Source: a virus
Reading direction: 5' to 3' (one strand)
Length of the DNA: 64,000 bases
IMG/VR virus record: IMGVR_UViG_3300013131_000024
Location: 45,858-109,857 of that record
In this document: one piece after another, positions 25,157-35,576 of the stretch
Position numbering within the stretch: the first letter of the stretch is position 1
Layout of the letters: the number at the start of each line of letters is the position of its first letter
The notes under the pieces: generated by a model
Seen by the model: only the letters and a program-made list of their open reading frames with translations
Database searches by the model: none
What the model was told of the DNA's origin: nothing
Position numbers and translations under genes: made by a program

Positions 25157-25740
25157 TATCCAAGAATATGCAACAGATAATTCGATTCTAAGCCACCATT
25201 AATACCAGTATGCCACTCTCTATAGTTCTTCCATTTAAAAATAGAACCCCAGGGAACTTCATACAGATAGTCGGTGCCTATAATTAATATGTGTCCCATA
25301 GTAGGATTATTTAGAAAAATACTATATCTTACTGGAGTACCTTTTTTTAAATACTCTGTCTCGTCGTCGTCTACATCCCAATGATGCGGCGCATAAAATC
25401 CAGGATCTAATCTGCTGATCCATGCTCGATGAACTCCACCTAGTCTAAGATAAAAAGATACATCATCTACTAATTCTTGTTCGAAATCTTCTCCTGGATA
25501 ATAGTTGGTCCATCTTATAGAGGAAGGATTGAAATTGGCATTTTTCCATATTTTATAGATCTCATTATAGTTAGATTCGCTTTTATTCCATCTATCATAA
25601 TCTGTTGTAAGAATAGTTCCCGATCGACTAGAAAGATTATTAACGATTTGAGATAAATCTTTTCTTCTATATGTGCTAAGAAAGACTGAACTTTTTAAAT
25701 TTAGTAATCTTAAATCATAGTGTGATGATAAATTTTGCAT
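25147..25740 (-). CDS. 2OG-Fe(II) oxygenase-like protein
   Basis: PGFYAPHHWD...WHTGING. Confidence 0.7.
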   Translation of the reverse strand: MQNLSSHYDLRLLNLKSSVFLSTYRRKDLSQIVNNLSSRSGTILTTDYDRWNKSESNYNEIYKIWKNANFNPSSIRWTNYYPGEDFEQELVDDVSFYLRLGGVHRAWISRLDPGFYAPHHWDVDDDETEYLKKGTPVRYSIFLNNPTMGHILIIGTDYLYEVPWGSIFKWKNYREWHTGINGGLESNYLLHILGYQS

Positions 25741-26453
25741 TATTCTAAATACCCAAAAGCCCATAATCTCTCATGGCACCACCAGCAATTCCCGCAGTGA
25801 GTACCTAAATGTAAATGATTCTCACAACTCCTAGTTTTTACGAACAATTCTTTTTCTATGTCTAAAAATCTATACATTTCTGCAATATCTTTTTTATTAA
25901 GATTTACGAACGGAACATATGCTCTATCATCAATAGAGACATCATCGGCCCTAATATTAATATCTACTACTATAAATCTTTGATCTGTATTTTCATCCAT
26001 TGGTATTGAAATACCATAAAGAGATTTTTCTATCTCATCGCTTCGGAATTTATTATGCCAATCCGGCTGCTGATCAGGAAAATCTTTCCAAACTTTGTAA
26101 GGAGGAAATTTTGTAAGACCTACATAAATTAAATCAACTTCGCGAATATCTAATTTTTTCCTATAAAGATCAAAAAGAGATTGAGGACGTTGTAAAACTA
26201 CTGTGTCTTTAATATATGAAAAATTCTTATTACCTGTTAATCTTGAACAAGTTTCTACTATCATATCCACATGACATTCCATGGCAGGTCTTCTTTCGGG
26301 AGCAAACATTGTATAGATATGTAAATGTTGTTTTAGATTTTTCATTAAAATATATAATAGTAATGCACTATCTGCCCCACCAGATACACTCACACCTACT
26401 GATCTGTCTTCGTATAAGATGATCGGATTACCGTTTACATATATCGTTCGCAT
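25740..26453 (-). CDS. QueC-like PP-loop ATPase
   Basis: SGGADS; TRSC...HCGNCWWCHER. Confidence 0.8.
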   Translation of the reverse strand: MRTIYVNGNPIILYEDRSVGVSVSGGADSALLLYILMKNLKQHLHIYTMFAPERRPAMECHVDMIVETCSRLTGNKNFSYIKDTVVLQRPQSLFDLYRKKLDIREVDLIYVGLTKFPPYKVWKDFPDQQPDWHNKFRSDEIEKSLYGISIPMDENTDQRFIVVDINIRADDVSIDDRAYVPFVNLNKKDIAEMYRFLDIEKELFVKTRSCENHLHLGTHCGNCWWCHERLWAFGYLE

Positions 26454-27146
26454 TTAATTTCTCAAATTTAAATTTTTATAGATAGCAGGAAATGGATTTT
26501 CTAACCACGTTTTTCCTAATTGCCGATTCATAGTTAGTTCAAAAAAAACTTTGAAATCTATCATGCCATCGGCTGTAGTCGCTTCTTGGAATCTTCCTGT
26601 GGAATCAATTCCTATCATATCTTTTATTTTAGAACATTCTATATATCTTTCTTCTATGCCGACACAGGAATAAAAATCAAAGGTTTTTATGACATCATTC
26701 TTTAAGTAAAAGCAATGAGGATATAATGCTAATTTATAATATCCTTCTGAAATTATATCATTTACAATTTTAAAAATTTGTTCTCGCCAGTCGGAGCAGT
26801 AAACTTCTAATGGTTTTTTATGTTTAAACAATACATGATTAATTGTTGTATCCCCCCACTCTAAGAAAATTTTTCGATTGATATAATCAATATCATAAAG
26901 AATTGGTGCCCACAAATATCCTTGAAATTTTTGTATGTGAAAACATTCTCTTTCAAAGAAGAAATCAATAACTTCACTCGAAATGTCTTGAGCATTGTCT
27001 TTTCTATAGGAACTATTCTCATCCCATAACATACACATGACATTATTTTCAGGATTTACCAAAGGAGTGTACATAACATTAGTACTCCATGTACTACCAT
27101 CATCTATTACCTTATAAAAATATTTCCAATTAGTAGTATCAATCAT
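26454..27146 (-). CDS. protein-kinase-like fold protein (tentative)
   Basis: FERE...APILYDID...IFLEW...LYPHCFY...IKTFDFY. Confidence 0.55.
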   Translation of the reverse strand: MIDTTNWKYFYKVIDDGSTWSTNVMYTPLVNPENNVMCMLWDENSSYRKDNAQDISSEVIDFFFERECFHIQKFQGYLWAPILYDIDYINRKIFLEWGDTTINHVLFKHKKPLEVYCSDWREQIFKIVNDIISEGYYKLALYPHCFYLKNDVIKTFDFYSCVGIEERYIECSKIKDMIGIDSTGRFQEATTADGMIDFKVFFELTMNRQLGKTWLENPFPAIYKNLNLRN

Positions 27147-27811
27147 ATAACATTAACAATAAAATTTTTACCTAAGATATCCGACAGCTGAGAAATTTCA
27201 TTTTTTTCTATAAGAAGTTCTACAACATTATCATAAATTTTAAAATTTGAAATTTTGCCTGATTTATTAGCTTGATTGAGCCACTTACTAGCTGTTTGAT
27301 CAAATTCAAATCTTTGGTCGTCTGCTGATAGATCTGAGGTTATTGTTATTCTAATGGGATTTTCTAATTTATTTTTTATAAGTAATTTTCTTACAACTAG
27401 TTGTACTCTGTGTATTCTTCCTAAATTAGCAGCACTGTGCAATCTGCCAGCATCCATTTCGTACCAAAATCCATCTTGAAAGATTTTATGTACAACATTG
27501 TTTTCTAGATCTATAAAATATGACTCCTCACTTTGTATATTAAGATGATATCTATCATCTATATCAGCATGAGATTGATAACATGTAGCAGGATATAAGA
27601 CTATTATTCTAGCTTCACCATGAGGATAGGGCAAAGTTTTAAGAATATTATTCCATAAGGTGTTTTTATATTCATCTTTAATCGACCATGAATCGTAAAA
27701 AAAATCCCCGTTTGGTTGATTTAATGTTGTTTTATCGTGGAAGATAAAACTTTCATCGGCACCTTCTTTGATTAAATTTAAGTTTACAGAATGACAAAGT
27801 TTAACTAGCAT
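27143..27811 (-). CDS. Asp/Asn beta-hydroxylase-like oxygenase
   Basis: SHADIDDRYHL...HSAAN...RVQLVV. Confidence 0.8.
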   Translation of the reverse strand: MLVKLCHSVNLNLIKEGADESFIFHDKTTLNQPNGDFFYDSWSIKDEYKNTLWNNILKTLPYPHGEARIIVLYPATCYQSHADIDDRYHLNIQSEESYFIDLENNVVHKIFQDGFWYEMDAGRLHSAANLGRIHRVQLVVRKLLIKNKLENPIRITITSDLSADDQRFEFDQTASKWLNQANKSGKISNFKIYDNVVELLIEKNEISQLSDILGKNFIVNVI

Positions 27812-27854
27812 AGTGAAAAATATTTATGTACTATTATTATCGTGTAAATATATT

Positions 27855-28541
27855 ATGGAACTTTATCTAGATCCAAATTGGAAAAAAATCGGAATCAGTA
27901 TCAGCGGTGGTGCAGATAGTGCTCTATTAGCATTTCTAATCTGTTCAAATACAAATGCAGACATACATTTTACTAATCAAATACGTATGTGGAGGACACG
28001 ACCTTGGCAAGAACATGTAGCAGATACTGTTATCGATTGGTTCAAAAATCGATTTAAAAATAATTTCTATCTTCATAGAAATTTAATACCACCAGAATTA
28101 GAGTGGTCCGAAAATGGTCCGACATTTATCGACGAATACGGAAAAATAAAAAGTGGTAATCGAGTAATATTGAGATCTCACAATGAATATGTGGCTCACA
28201 GATATAAATTAGATGCATTGTATGGAGGAGTAAATCAAAATCCATCGATCAATATCGAAGGTTCTCTAAAAGATAGAGACGAGGAAAACTCTTATCTATC
28301 TCCGTATTTTATACATGATGGGATTCATATTTGTCATCCGTTAGTAAATGTGAAAAAAGACTTTATTATAAAACAATATGTTAAACATGAGATACTCGAT
28401 CTCCTTGACATTACTCGTAGTTGCGAGGGAGAATTTGAGGATATAAACTATAAAACATACATACCCGGACAAGTTGTTCCAACTTGCGGAAAATGTTTTT
28501 GGTGCAAAGAAAGAGAATGGGGCATCGAACATGCAAAGTAA
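27855..28541 (+). CDS. QueC-like PP-loop ATPase
   Basis: SGGADS; TRSCEG...CGKCFWCKER. Confidence 0.8.
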   Translation: MELYLDPNWKKIGISISGGADSALLAFLICSNTNADIHFTNQIRMWRTRPWQEHVADTVIDWFKNRFKNNFYLHRNLIPPELEWSENGPTFIDEYGKIKSGNRVILRSHNEYVAHRYKLDALYGGVNQNPSINIEGSLKDRDEENSYLSPYFIHDGIHICHPLVNVKKDFIIKQYVKHEILDLLDITRSCEGEFEDINYKTYIPGQVVPTCGKCFWCKEREWGIEHAK

Positions 28542-29787
28542 AACATTTTGTATGCATCCGTTTACAGGATTGGCAACAAGAGAAGATGGAGCGATAAAGG
28601 TATGTTGCCGTAGTCATCCTATAGGATTCATTCAGAATTCAGATCTAGAAGAAATTTGGAACAATGATACTATCAAACGCATTCGTGAGCAGGTATTAAA
28701 CAACGAGCGGCCACCAGAATGCGAACCTTGTTTTAATTTAGAGGATCAAGGTGTTGAAAGTCTCCGACAACGGCATATTAGAGGAAACATTCCCGAAGCT
28801 AGAATTAACTTATATCCGAAAGCATTAGAAAAATTAGATTCAGATTATTCAATGCCTTTTGAAATTCCAACTATGGAGTTAAAATTGAATAATCTATGTA
28901 ATTTAAAATGTAGAATGTGTCATCCTATGGACAGTACCAGTTGGAATGATTGGGGAGAGATTAAAGAATTCTACAAAAACGAAAATCACATTATGTTCAA
29001 AATGATAGAAGATCATGGACTAGAACAAAAACCATTTTTAGATCAGTTCCAGGATAATCCGGAATGGTGGAAAAAATTAGAAAAGTTGTTACCTTATTTT
29101 CGCCGAGTAGAGTTCGCCGGCGGTGAACCTCTTATGGATCCACAGCATTATAAAATTTTAGATATGTTATCTCATTATGGAGATAATATAGAAATTAAAT
29201 ATGCTACCAATTTAACATTGTTAGGAAAAAGCAATAGAACTATTTGGCAATATTGGCCTAAATTTAAAAGTGTAGCAGTAAACGTTAGTATCGACGGCAT
29301 AGGAGATGTGTATGAATATATTAGAGGAAATGCTCGTTGGTCTGAACTAATACATAATGTTAAACAGATACAACAAATCCCCAACATAAGCAGAATAGTT
29401 GGTGCAGTTACTGTTCAAGTTTCTAACATAATGCAACTAGACAAGATCTGCGAATATTTTTTAAATGATTTAGGTATAGTATTTCATACTCATAGAGTAG
29501 AATATCCTCGAGTGCTTTCAGCTCAAGTTTTACCGAACGATCTTAGAAAGGTCTGTATAGAAAGATTAAAATCTGTTTCTGAACGTGTACATAAATTTAA
29601 ATTAGTTTTAGAACATCCTCGATTGATAGAATATACTTTAGGTCAACTGAGAGATAATATAAATTATCTCGAAGCCAGAGATCAAAGTTTTAGATGGCAA
29701 GACTGTATAGAGTTCAATCAAAGATTAGATAAGACAAGAAGTCAAAGTTTTATCTCTGTTAATCCTGAGTTTAAACCTTATGTATAA
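28531..29787 (+). CDS. radical SAM enzyme with N-terminal SPASM/twitch-like domain
   Basis: FCMHPF...VCC; CNLKCRMC; AGGEP. Confidence 0.9.
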   Translation: MQSKTFCMHPFTGLATREDGAIKVCCRSHPIGFIQNSDLEEIWNNDTIKRIREQVLNNERPPECEPCFNLEDQGVESLRQRHIRGNIPEARINLYPKALEKLDSDYSMPFEIPTMELKLNNLCNLKCRMCHPMDSTSWNDWGEIKEFYKNENHIMFKMIEDHGLEQKPFLDQFQDNPEWWKKLEKLLPYFRRVEFAGGEPLMDPQHYKILDMLSHYGDNIEIKYATNLTLLGKSNRTIWQYWPKFKSVAVNVSIDGIGDVYEYIRGNARWSELIHNVKQIQQIPNISRIVGAVTVQVSNIMQLDKICEYFLNDLGIVFHTHRVEYPRVLSAQVLPNDLRKVCIERLKSVSERVHKFKLVLEHPRLIEYTLGQLRDNINYLEARDQSFRWQDCIEFNQRLDKTRSQSFISVNPEFKPYV

Positions 29788-30676
29788 AATCACTTCTGCA
29801 TGGCCGCATCAAGACCAATTAAAAATAGAATGGAATTTAGGCAAACGTTGTAATTACGATTGTAGTTACTGTCCTGCAGAAATACATGACAACTTTAGTC
29901 CGCATACTGATATCAACATTTTAGAAAAAACTGTTGACAGATTGTCTGATCTAGGCAAGCCTCTAAGAATAAGCCTCACAGGAGGGGAGCCTTGCGTTCA
30001 TCCGGATATAGAAGAGTTATTCGATTATCTCAAGAGAAAAAATATATTTTGGGTAAACATAACAACTAACGGGACGAGGGGATATCGTTGGTATTTAGAC
30101 AACGAAATGTTTTTTAACCATATTGTTTTTAGTTTACATTTCGAATTTGATTATACAAGAGTAGTAGATACTATTTTAAAATATTACGATTCTACAGAAC
30201 GTGAGTTTTTAGTCAATGTAATGGCACATCATAATTATATGCCTCAGGTCAAAACTGTTGTTAGTAAATTTAAACAATTAGGTATAAAATTTGCTGTTCG
30301 AAGAATTCGATGGACAGAAGGCGACCATAATATATTTGATGATCTAAGATATGAAGGCAAAGACTTAGAATGGATACTACAAGAACATTCTACTGCCAAA
30401 CCTAATTGCAGAATTAATGATGAAACGATAGTACATGCCAACGATATAATAAAATTACATCTTAATAAATTCAAAGGTTGGCAGTGTAATGCTGGTCTCG
30501 AAAGCTTAATGATCAACTGGGATGGAGAAGTACATCGTGCTACTTGTAGAGTAGGCGGTAGCCTAGGAAACATATACCAAGGTACATTCAAAATTCCAAC
30601 AGAGCCGATAATCTGCACCAGAGATTGGTGCACCTGTGCAGCTGATATTCCATTAACTAAAAATGTTATTAACTAA
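29780..30676 (+). CDS. radical SAM enzyme with C-terminal SPASM-like cysteines
   Basis: CNYDCSYC; TGGEP; CNAG...CTRDWCTC. Confidence 0.9.
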   Translation: MYKITSAWPHQDQLKIEWNLGKRCNYDCSYCPAEIHDNFSPHTDINILEKTVDRLSDLGKPLRISLTGGEPCVHPDIEELFDYLKRKNIFWVNITTNGTRGYRWYLDNEMFFNHIVFSLHFEFDYTRVVDTILKYYDSTEREFLVNVMAHHNYMPQVKTVVSKFKQLGIKFAVRRIRWTEGDHNIFDDLRYEGKDLEWILQEHSTAKPNCRINDETIVHANDIIKLHLNKFKGWQCNAGLESLMINWDGEVHRATCRVGGSLGNIYQGTFKIPTEPIICTRDWCTCAADIPLTKNVIN

Positions 30677-31505
30677 TCTTGATACAAATCGATACAAGAG
30701 ATTTTTTTCTTTTGGTTGTAGTTTTACTAATTATTTCTGGCCTACGTGGGCTGATATAATTGGTCGACAAATAGATCATTACGAAAATTGGGGGAAGGGT
30801 GGAGCCGGGAATCAGTTCATCTTTAACTCACTAATTGAATGTCATAGACGAAATAAGTTTACCAAAGAAGATCTTGTTGTAGTGATGTGGACCAGTTGTA
30901 GTAGAGAAGACCGATATGTTAACAACGAGTGGTTAGTGGCCGCTTCAGAAAACAGAGAAGAAATATATGGTAAAGAATGGATGAAAAAGTTTGGTCAACA
31001 AAGCAAAGGTTTAATGATAAGAGATTTTGCTGTTATAGATGCGTCTCAAAAACTTTTAGATTCGTTCGGATGCGATTGGTTAAACTTATGTAGTTTGCCT
31101 CTGATTAGATTTGATTTTGAAAAAGCAGAACAAGATATTAAAAAAAATTATATAACTCTGGATGAAATAGAAAATAGATGGTGTAAACAACAACTGTCGT
31201 TATCAGAAGGAGGATCATATAGAGATCATTATCTAACAGATATAGACGTAGTAGATCTGTACAAAGATATCTTTACAAAAATAAAAAGACCTTTATACGA
31301 AATAGTACGTAAAAACAAGCCCAGACCTAATTTTGGAGATCAACATCCTAGCCCCCTAGAGGCCTTATCTTACATAAATGAAGTTGTTGATAATAATTTA
31401 GACGTCCTTGAATATTGTAATCATTGGAACGATATAGTTTTCAATATTAAAAATAAATCATCAATACCTGTTAAGTTTTTTAGACCGGCACCTATAAGAT
31501 TTTAA
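30663..31505 (+). CDS. SGNH/GDSL-like hydrolase or acyltransferase
   Basis: FGCSFT, NWGKGGAGN, DQHP. Confidence 0.65.
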   Translation: MLLTNLDTNRYKRFFSFGCSFTNYFWPTWADIIGRQIDHYENWGKGGAGNQFIFNSLIECHRRNKFTKEDLVVVMWTSCSREDRYVNNEWLVAASENREEIYGKEWMKKFGQQSKGLMIRDFAVIDASQKLLDSFGCDWLNLCSLPLIRFDFEKAEQDIKKNYITLDEIENRWCKQQLSLSEGGSYRDHYLTDIDVVDLYKDIFTKIKRPLYEIVRKNKPRPNFGDQHPSPLEALSYINEVVDNNLDVLEYCNHWNDIVFNIKNKSSIPVKFFRPAPIRF

Positions 31506-32466
31506 ATTTAGTTGTGTTTATTTCTGGCTGACAAAAACATTTGTTTCTAGTACATGTTGTCGGAATAATTTTAGGATTAAAATTATTCTTAAAATTTTTA
31601 TCGAATATATTAAATTGATAAGGAAGGTCATAAAGATTTTCTCCACACGCTCCTTGGATAGAACCAGATTTATCAATATATAATGTATCTATTCCGATAT
31701 TACATTTCCAACCGTCAAAAGAGTTTAAAGAATTTAATGAAATCCAATTATGCGGAACTTTTTTTGTGCTATTATCATTAAATGTGACTGTACTTTTTTT
31801 ATCTGGAATAGTTTGAGCTTTTAACCACCAGAAGACATTTGGAATTCTTTTTAGTGATTTAGACAAATATTTTTTTTGATCTTCGGTATATCTTATAGAA
31901 TGATGATGCACTTCTTGAGCATCTATAGGCCAACTTTTATTACTGCCTTTCAAAGTCTCAATTAAATGAACGCACTGATTCCATGCTGTTGGATCCATTA
32001 ATACTTTTACAGACAAACTCTTGTTTTTACTGTAAAGTAAATCTCCAACTTTTATTATGTGGGCAGGATCAACAAACTGGTGATGACAGCTTATCATCGT
32101 GTGATCAAAATTCTGACCATTTTCATCCCACCATTTCAATGTCCTACTCCCATTGGTAGAAATGCTTATCAAAGTGTTATAATTTTCTTTAAAGTATGAA
32201 ACAAAATCTGTAAGATTCGGCCAAATAGTTGGTTCTCCACCGATAATATGAAAATAAAAACGTTCTTTATTTTGATGTTGTTTATAATAATTTAATAAAT
32301 GACTTAAATTATCAATTAGAAGATCGTAATCCGGCCAACGATGAGTTCCTTCGTTTGATCCGGGAAAGCAATACCAACATCGATGATTACATACGTTGAA
32401 CAAGAATAATTCAATTCTTAAATAATTATTCGGTAAATTGGATTCTATTTTAATAATTTCTTTCAT
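31492..32466 (-). CDS. radical SAM enzyme
   Basis: CNHRCWYC; GGEPT; C-terminal Cys cluster. Confidence 0.9.
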   Translation of the reverse strand: MKEIIKIESNLPNNYLRIELFLFNVCNHRCWYCFPGSNEGTHRWPDYDLLIDNLSHLLNYYKQHQNKERFYFHIIGGEPTIWPNLTDFVSYFKENYNTLISISTNGSRTLKWWDENGQNFDHTMISCHHQFVDPAHIIKVGDLLYSKNKSLSVKVLMDPTAWNQCVHLIETLKGSNKSWPIDAQEVHHHSIRYTEDQKKYLSKSLKRIPNVFWWLKAQTIPDKKSTVTFNDNSTKKVPHNWISLNSLNSFDGWKCNIGIDTLYIDKSGSIQGACGENLYDLPYQFNIFDKNFKNNFNPKIIPTTCTRNKCFCQPEINTTKFKIL

Positions 32467-33878
32467 AATAAATTGCTTAGTTCCGGAAATGTTATTTTAA
32501 AATCTAATTTACGTTGATTATCTAAAGTCGTTATATATTCTCTAAAATCAGGTAATAAATTTGTATGGTCTTCACTGTCCATCCAATCGAGAATTCCTTC
32601 CCAGCGTTTCCAACCATATGAATTTACTTCCCAGAAGTCTTCATCTTTGGTATAATTATGCCAAAGCCATTCTTTTAATTCGTTGAATAAATTTCGAATT
32701 TCTTCTTTATGTTCTTTTGGCAAAACTTTCAAACTTAGCCAGGTCGGAATCCATACGAGATGTGCGCTGAACAATCCTCCGCTATGTATCTCTCCTACTA
32801 TGTTTTGATTAAGATTAATTTTCTTAAAATTTTGTGAAATCTTCCATTTTATAAAATCAGGTATATGTTTGATATTCAACAATTGAACTGCACATGCGAT
32901 TGTTGTTTCGATGTTTTCTGGAGCATTGTCAAGCAAATGCAAATTTTTTACTACGGTTTCCCAATCGGTCGGATATCGAATATAATGCAATCTATCCCCC
33001 ATACCATCTATGCTGAATCCAAATTTCACTTTTTTAAAATTTTTCCATAGATTTATTGTATTCTCATCTAGAAGTAATCCGTTGCTATTATATCTAAGTT
33101 CGATATCTTTTGCATATCCCTGTTTTATTATTTCTTCCAAGAATCTCCTGTGTTCTTTAATCATTAGAGGTTCACCACCTGCAAAATAAATTTGTTTTAT
33201 GTTAGGAATTTGTTCATAAATTTCTTTCCAAAAATTTAAATTCTCATGCCACAGATTATTAAATTTGTCTTGCTGCCAGCTCAATTGTTTTTTGATTAAA
33301 GAACTATTGAATAAAGGATAAATCTTTTTATGATCCTCTACCCATTTGCTGCTGTCATGCGGACTACACATAACACATTTTAAATTACAGGTATGACCTA
33401 ATCTTAAATCAATATAATGTAATTTATAAGGAACCCTACCGTCTAGGTCTGTCTGGGCAATTAATGATGGAATATCTATGCCTTGCTTATGCCATACGCC
33501 AGTTTCCCAAATACGTTTACTTACAACTCCGTTTTGTTCTTCTTCGAAACATTTTTTACAACTTAAAGGAATTTTTCCTTCTAACATCGTTTGTCTAACA
33601 TTTCGCATGTATTCGCTGTTAAATGATTCCGATGGCGAATCTTTAGAAAAATTTGCAGATTCTCCAGTTTCTGTTTTTACAAGACCTACATTATAATTTC
33701 CATCTTTGGCACCACTGGCATTTGCAACACAACATATTCGCATATCTCCATTCGGTCTAGTAGCCAAATGTATCCATGGAAGAACACAGAAGCTAGGGCT
33801 TCCACTAATGTCTTCTATTTGTTTTTGCCAACTACCTAACTGTGATTCTTGAGATTGCATCCAGAATATTTTATTCAT
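32463..33878 (-). CDS. radical SAM enzyme with N-terminal SPASM/twitch-like domain
   Basis: FCVLPW...ICC; CNLKCVMC; AGGEP. Confidence 0.9.
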   Translation of the reverse strand: MNKIFWMQSQESQLGSWQKQIEDISGSPSFCVLPWIHLATRPNGDMRICCVANASGAKDGNYNVGLVKTETGESANFSKDSPSESFNSEYMRNVRQTMLEGKIPLSCKKCFEEEQNGVVSKRIWETGVWHKQGIDIPSLIAQTDLDGRVPYKLHYIDLRLGHTCNLKCVMCSPHDSSKWVEDHKKIYPLFNSSLIKKQLSWQQDKFNNLWHENLNFWKEIYEQIPNIKQIYFAGGEPLMIKEHRRFLEEIIKQGYAKDIELRYNSNGLLLDENTINLWKNFKKVKFGFSIDGMGDRLHYIRYPTDWETVVKNLHLLDNAPENIETTIACAVQLLNIKHIPDFIKWKISQNFKKINLNQNIVGEIHSGGLFSAHLVWIPTWLSLKVLPKEHKEEIRNLFNELKEWLWHNYTKDEDFWEVNSYGWKRWEGILDWMDSEDHTNLLPDFREYITTLDNQRKLDFKITFPELSNLL

Positions 33879-34962
33879 TGAATTGATCTAATTTTAAAAA
33901 TTGGTCTTTGCTTTTGCTTATTTGATGATTTTTAAAAACTCCACAGGTTCTCGAACATGCCCTGAGCGGACTATTTTCAAAAGAATCTATCCATAGTGTT
34001 TGCCACTGATCGCTGTCGACAATCTCTTCTATAGTTTTATTTTGCAAATTAAAATTCTCTAGTCCTCCAAACTTATCTATAAATTCAAAAAACGTTTGGC
34101 GACTATCTTCTTGAAATGAATGAACTAGCTGATCGGATTTTGTATAAATGTAAGGAACTGCGCCTACAAAACAGCAGGGCCATAAATACCCATTAGCATC
34201 GATGAAAATACTCTTTGTTTTTTCTACATCGCAATTTATTTTTACTTCGCTGAAAATTTTTCTATAATTTTCTACAGTTTTTTTATCAATAAAAGCTAAT
34301 TTATGAACCGTAGGCATTTCTAATTTATGTGAAACTTTTCCTTCTTTGTTATAAACTTCATAATAAGGGGTTCCAATAAATCTACTTGTTTGTTTTTCAA
34401 AGAAACTATCGAATCCGAGAGTTTTTGCTAATTTTTTACATTCTTCTAATTGATGTTCATTGTGCTTAAATGTAATAAAAACCCATCGTGCATTTCCCCC
34501 TGCTTCGATAAATGATTTTGAATTATCGATAATTTTGTTCCAGTCAGTTCCGATTCTGTAAAGGGAATGCGTATCGGCTAGGCCATCTAACGCAAAATGC
34601 ACTAAATGATTAGTCGGTAATGCAAGTGCAAGGTCTTTCCACCATTTTGTTGACCTAGCTCCGCCATTTGTATGGATATCAATTTTTATTTTTGGAGATA
34701 CTTTTTTAATATATTCTGTTATAGGTATAAGATCTTGGTTAAGTATAGGATCTCCAAAATTTCCGCACATAGAAATCTGATGCAATTGAGATAACAAATC
34801 AGGTGAAACTATTTTTTTAAAAAAATCTAAATCAACATCTTTTACCTTCAAAATAGGATTAGGCAACCCTCCATGATGATTTCTCGCACACATAGGACAA
34901 CTTGCCTGACAATTAGAGGATAGCTCAAGATGTAATTCTTTTAAATCTTCGTATCGATACAT
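33871..34962 (-). CDS. radical SAM/SPASM enzyme
   Basis: CQASCPMC; GNFGDP; WPCC...CSRTC. Confidence 0.9.
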   Translation of the reverse strand: MYRYEDLKELHLELSSNCQASCPMCARNHHGGLPNPILKVKDVDLDFFKKIVSPDLLSQLHQISMCGNFGDPILNQDLIPITEYIKKVSPKIKIDIHTNGGARSTKWWKDLALALPTNHLVHFALDGLADTHSLYRIGTDWNKIIDNSKSFIEAGGNARWVFITFKHNEHQLEECKKLAKTLGFDSFFEKQTSRFIGTPYYEVYNKEGKVSHKLEMPTVHKLAFIDKKTVENYRKIFSEVKINCDVEKTKSIFIDANGYLWPCCFVGAVPYIYTKSDQLVHSFQEDSRQTFFEFIDKFGGLENFNLQNKTIEEIVDSDQWQTLWIDSFENSPLRACSRTCGVFKNHQISKSKDQFLKLDQFNE

Positions 34963-35576
34963 TATACTTTACCTATGATCATGAATCTTTTATATAAAGA
35001 TAATTCTAATTCTCTCGACCAAAGAACTTGGATATTAGATTGTTTTATAAATTCTTCTAGAGAACCGGCTGTCCTCACATGTTCTGGTATGTTATAGTTG
35101 TTGCTTTGTAAAACAATTATACTGTTTTGAGGTTGGCCACTGAGCCATAGATCGTATTGATCCTGCGTAATATGTTCGCAACTGGTATTGATAATGATAT
35201 CAGCATCACTTCGCATAATACACATGTCTGCGGTTACTGCTCTAAAACGACCTCCCATTTCTTCTTTCTTATTCATCATAGTTGCTATAGATTCACAGTC
35301 TGGATCTATATCAATGCTACGAATATTACTGATAGGAATATCGCTTTGGAACAACATACTGGCCAACACTCCTACCCATCCGCCGTGTACGTCGACACTT
35401 AATGGAAAGTCTAAAACTTTGTTTATTTCAGTATAGATATAATATTCTAAGTTTTCAATTAACCATTCTTTGCTTTGTATTTGTCCTCGCCAGAATGCAT
35501 CAAGGGTACGCATAGGATCCTTGCTTTCACGAATAGCACACATCCAATAATGTAAATGTTCTGTATCAATTTGCAT
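34962..35576 (-). CDS. SAM-dependent methyltransferase-like protein
   Basis: GGWVG, SIDID, INTSCEH. Confidence 0.7.
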   Translation of the reverse strand: MQIDTEHLHYWMCAIRESKDPMRTLDAFWRGQIQSKEWLIENLEYYIYTEINKVLDFPLSVDVHGGWVGVLASMLFQSDIPISNIRSIDIDPDCESIATMMNKKEEMGGRFRAVTADMCIMRSDADIIINTSCEHITQDQYDLWLSGQPQNSIIVLQSNNYNIPEHVRTAGSLEEFIKQSNIQVLWSRELELSLYKRFMIIGKV

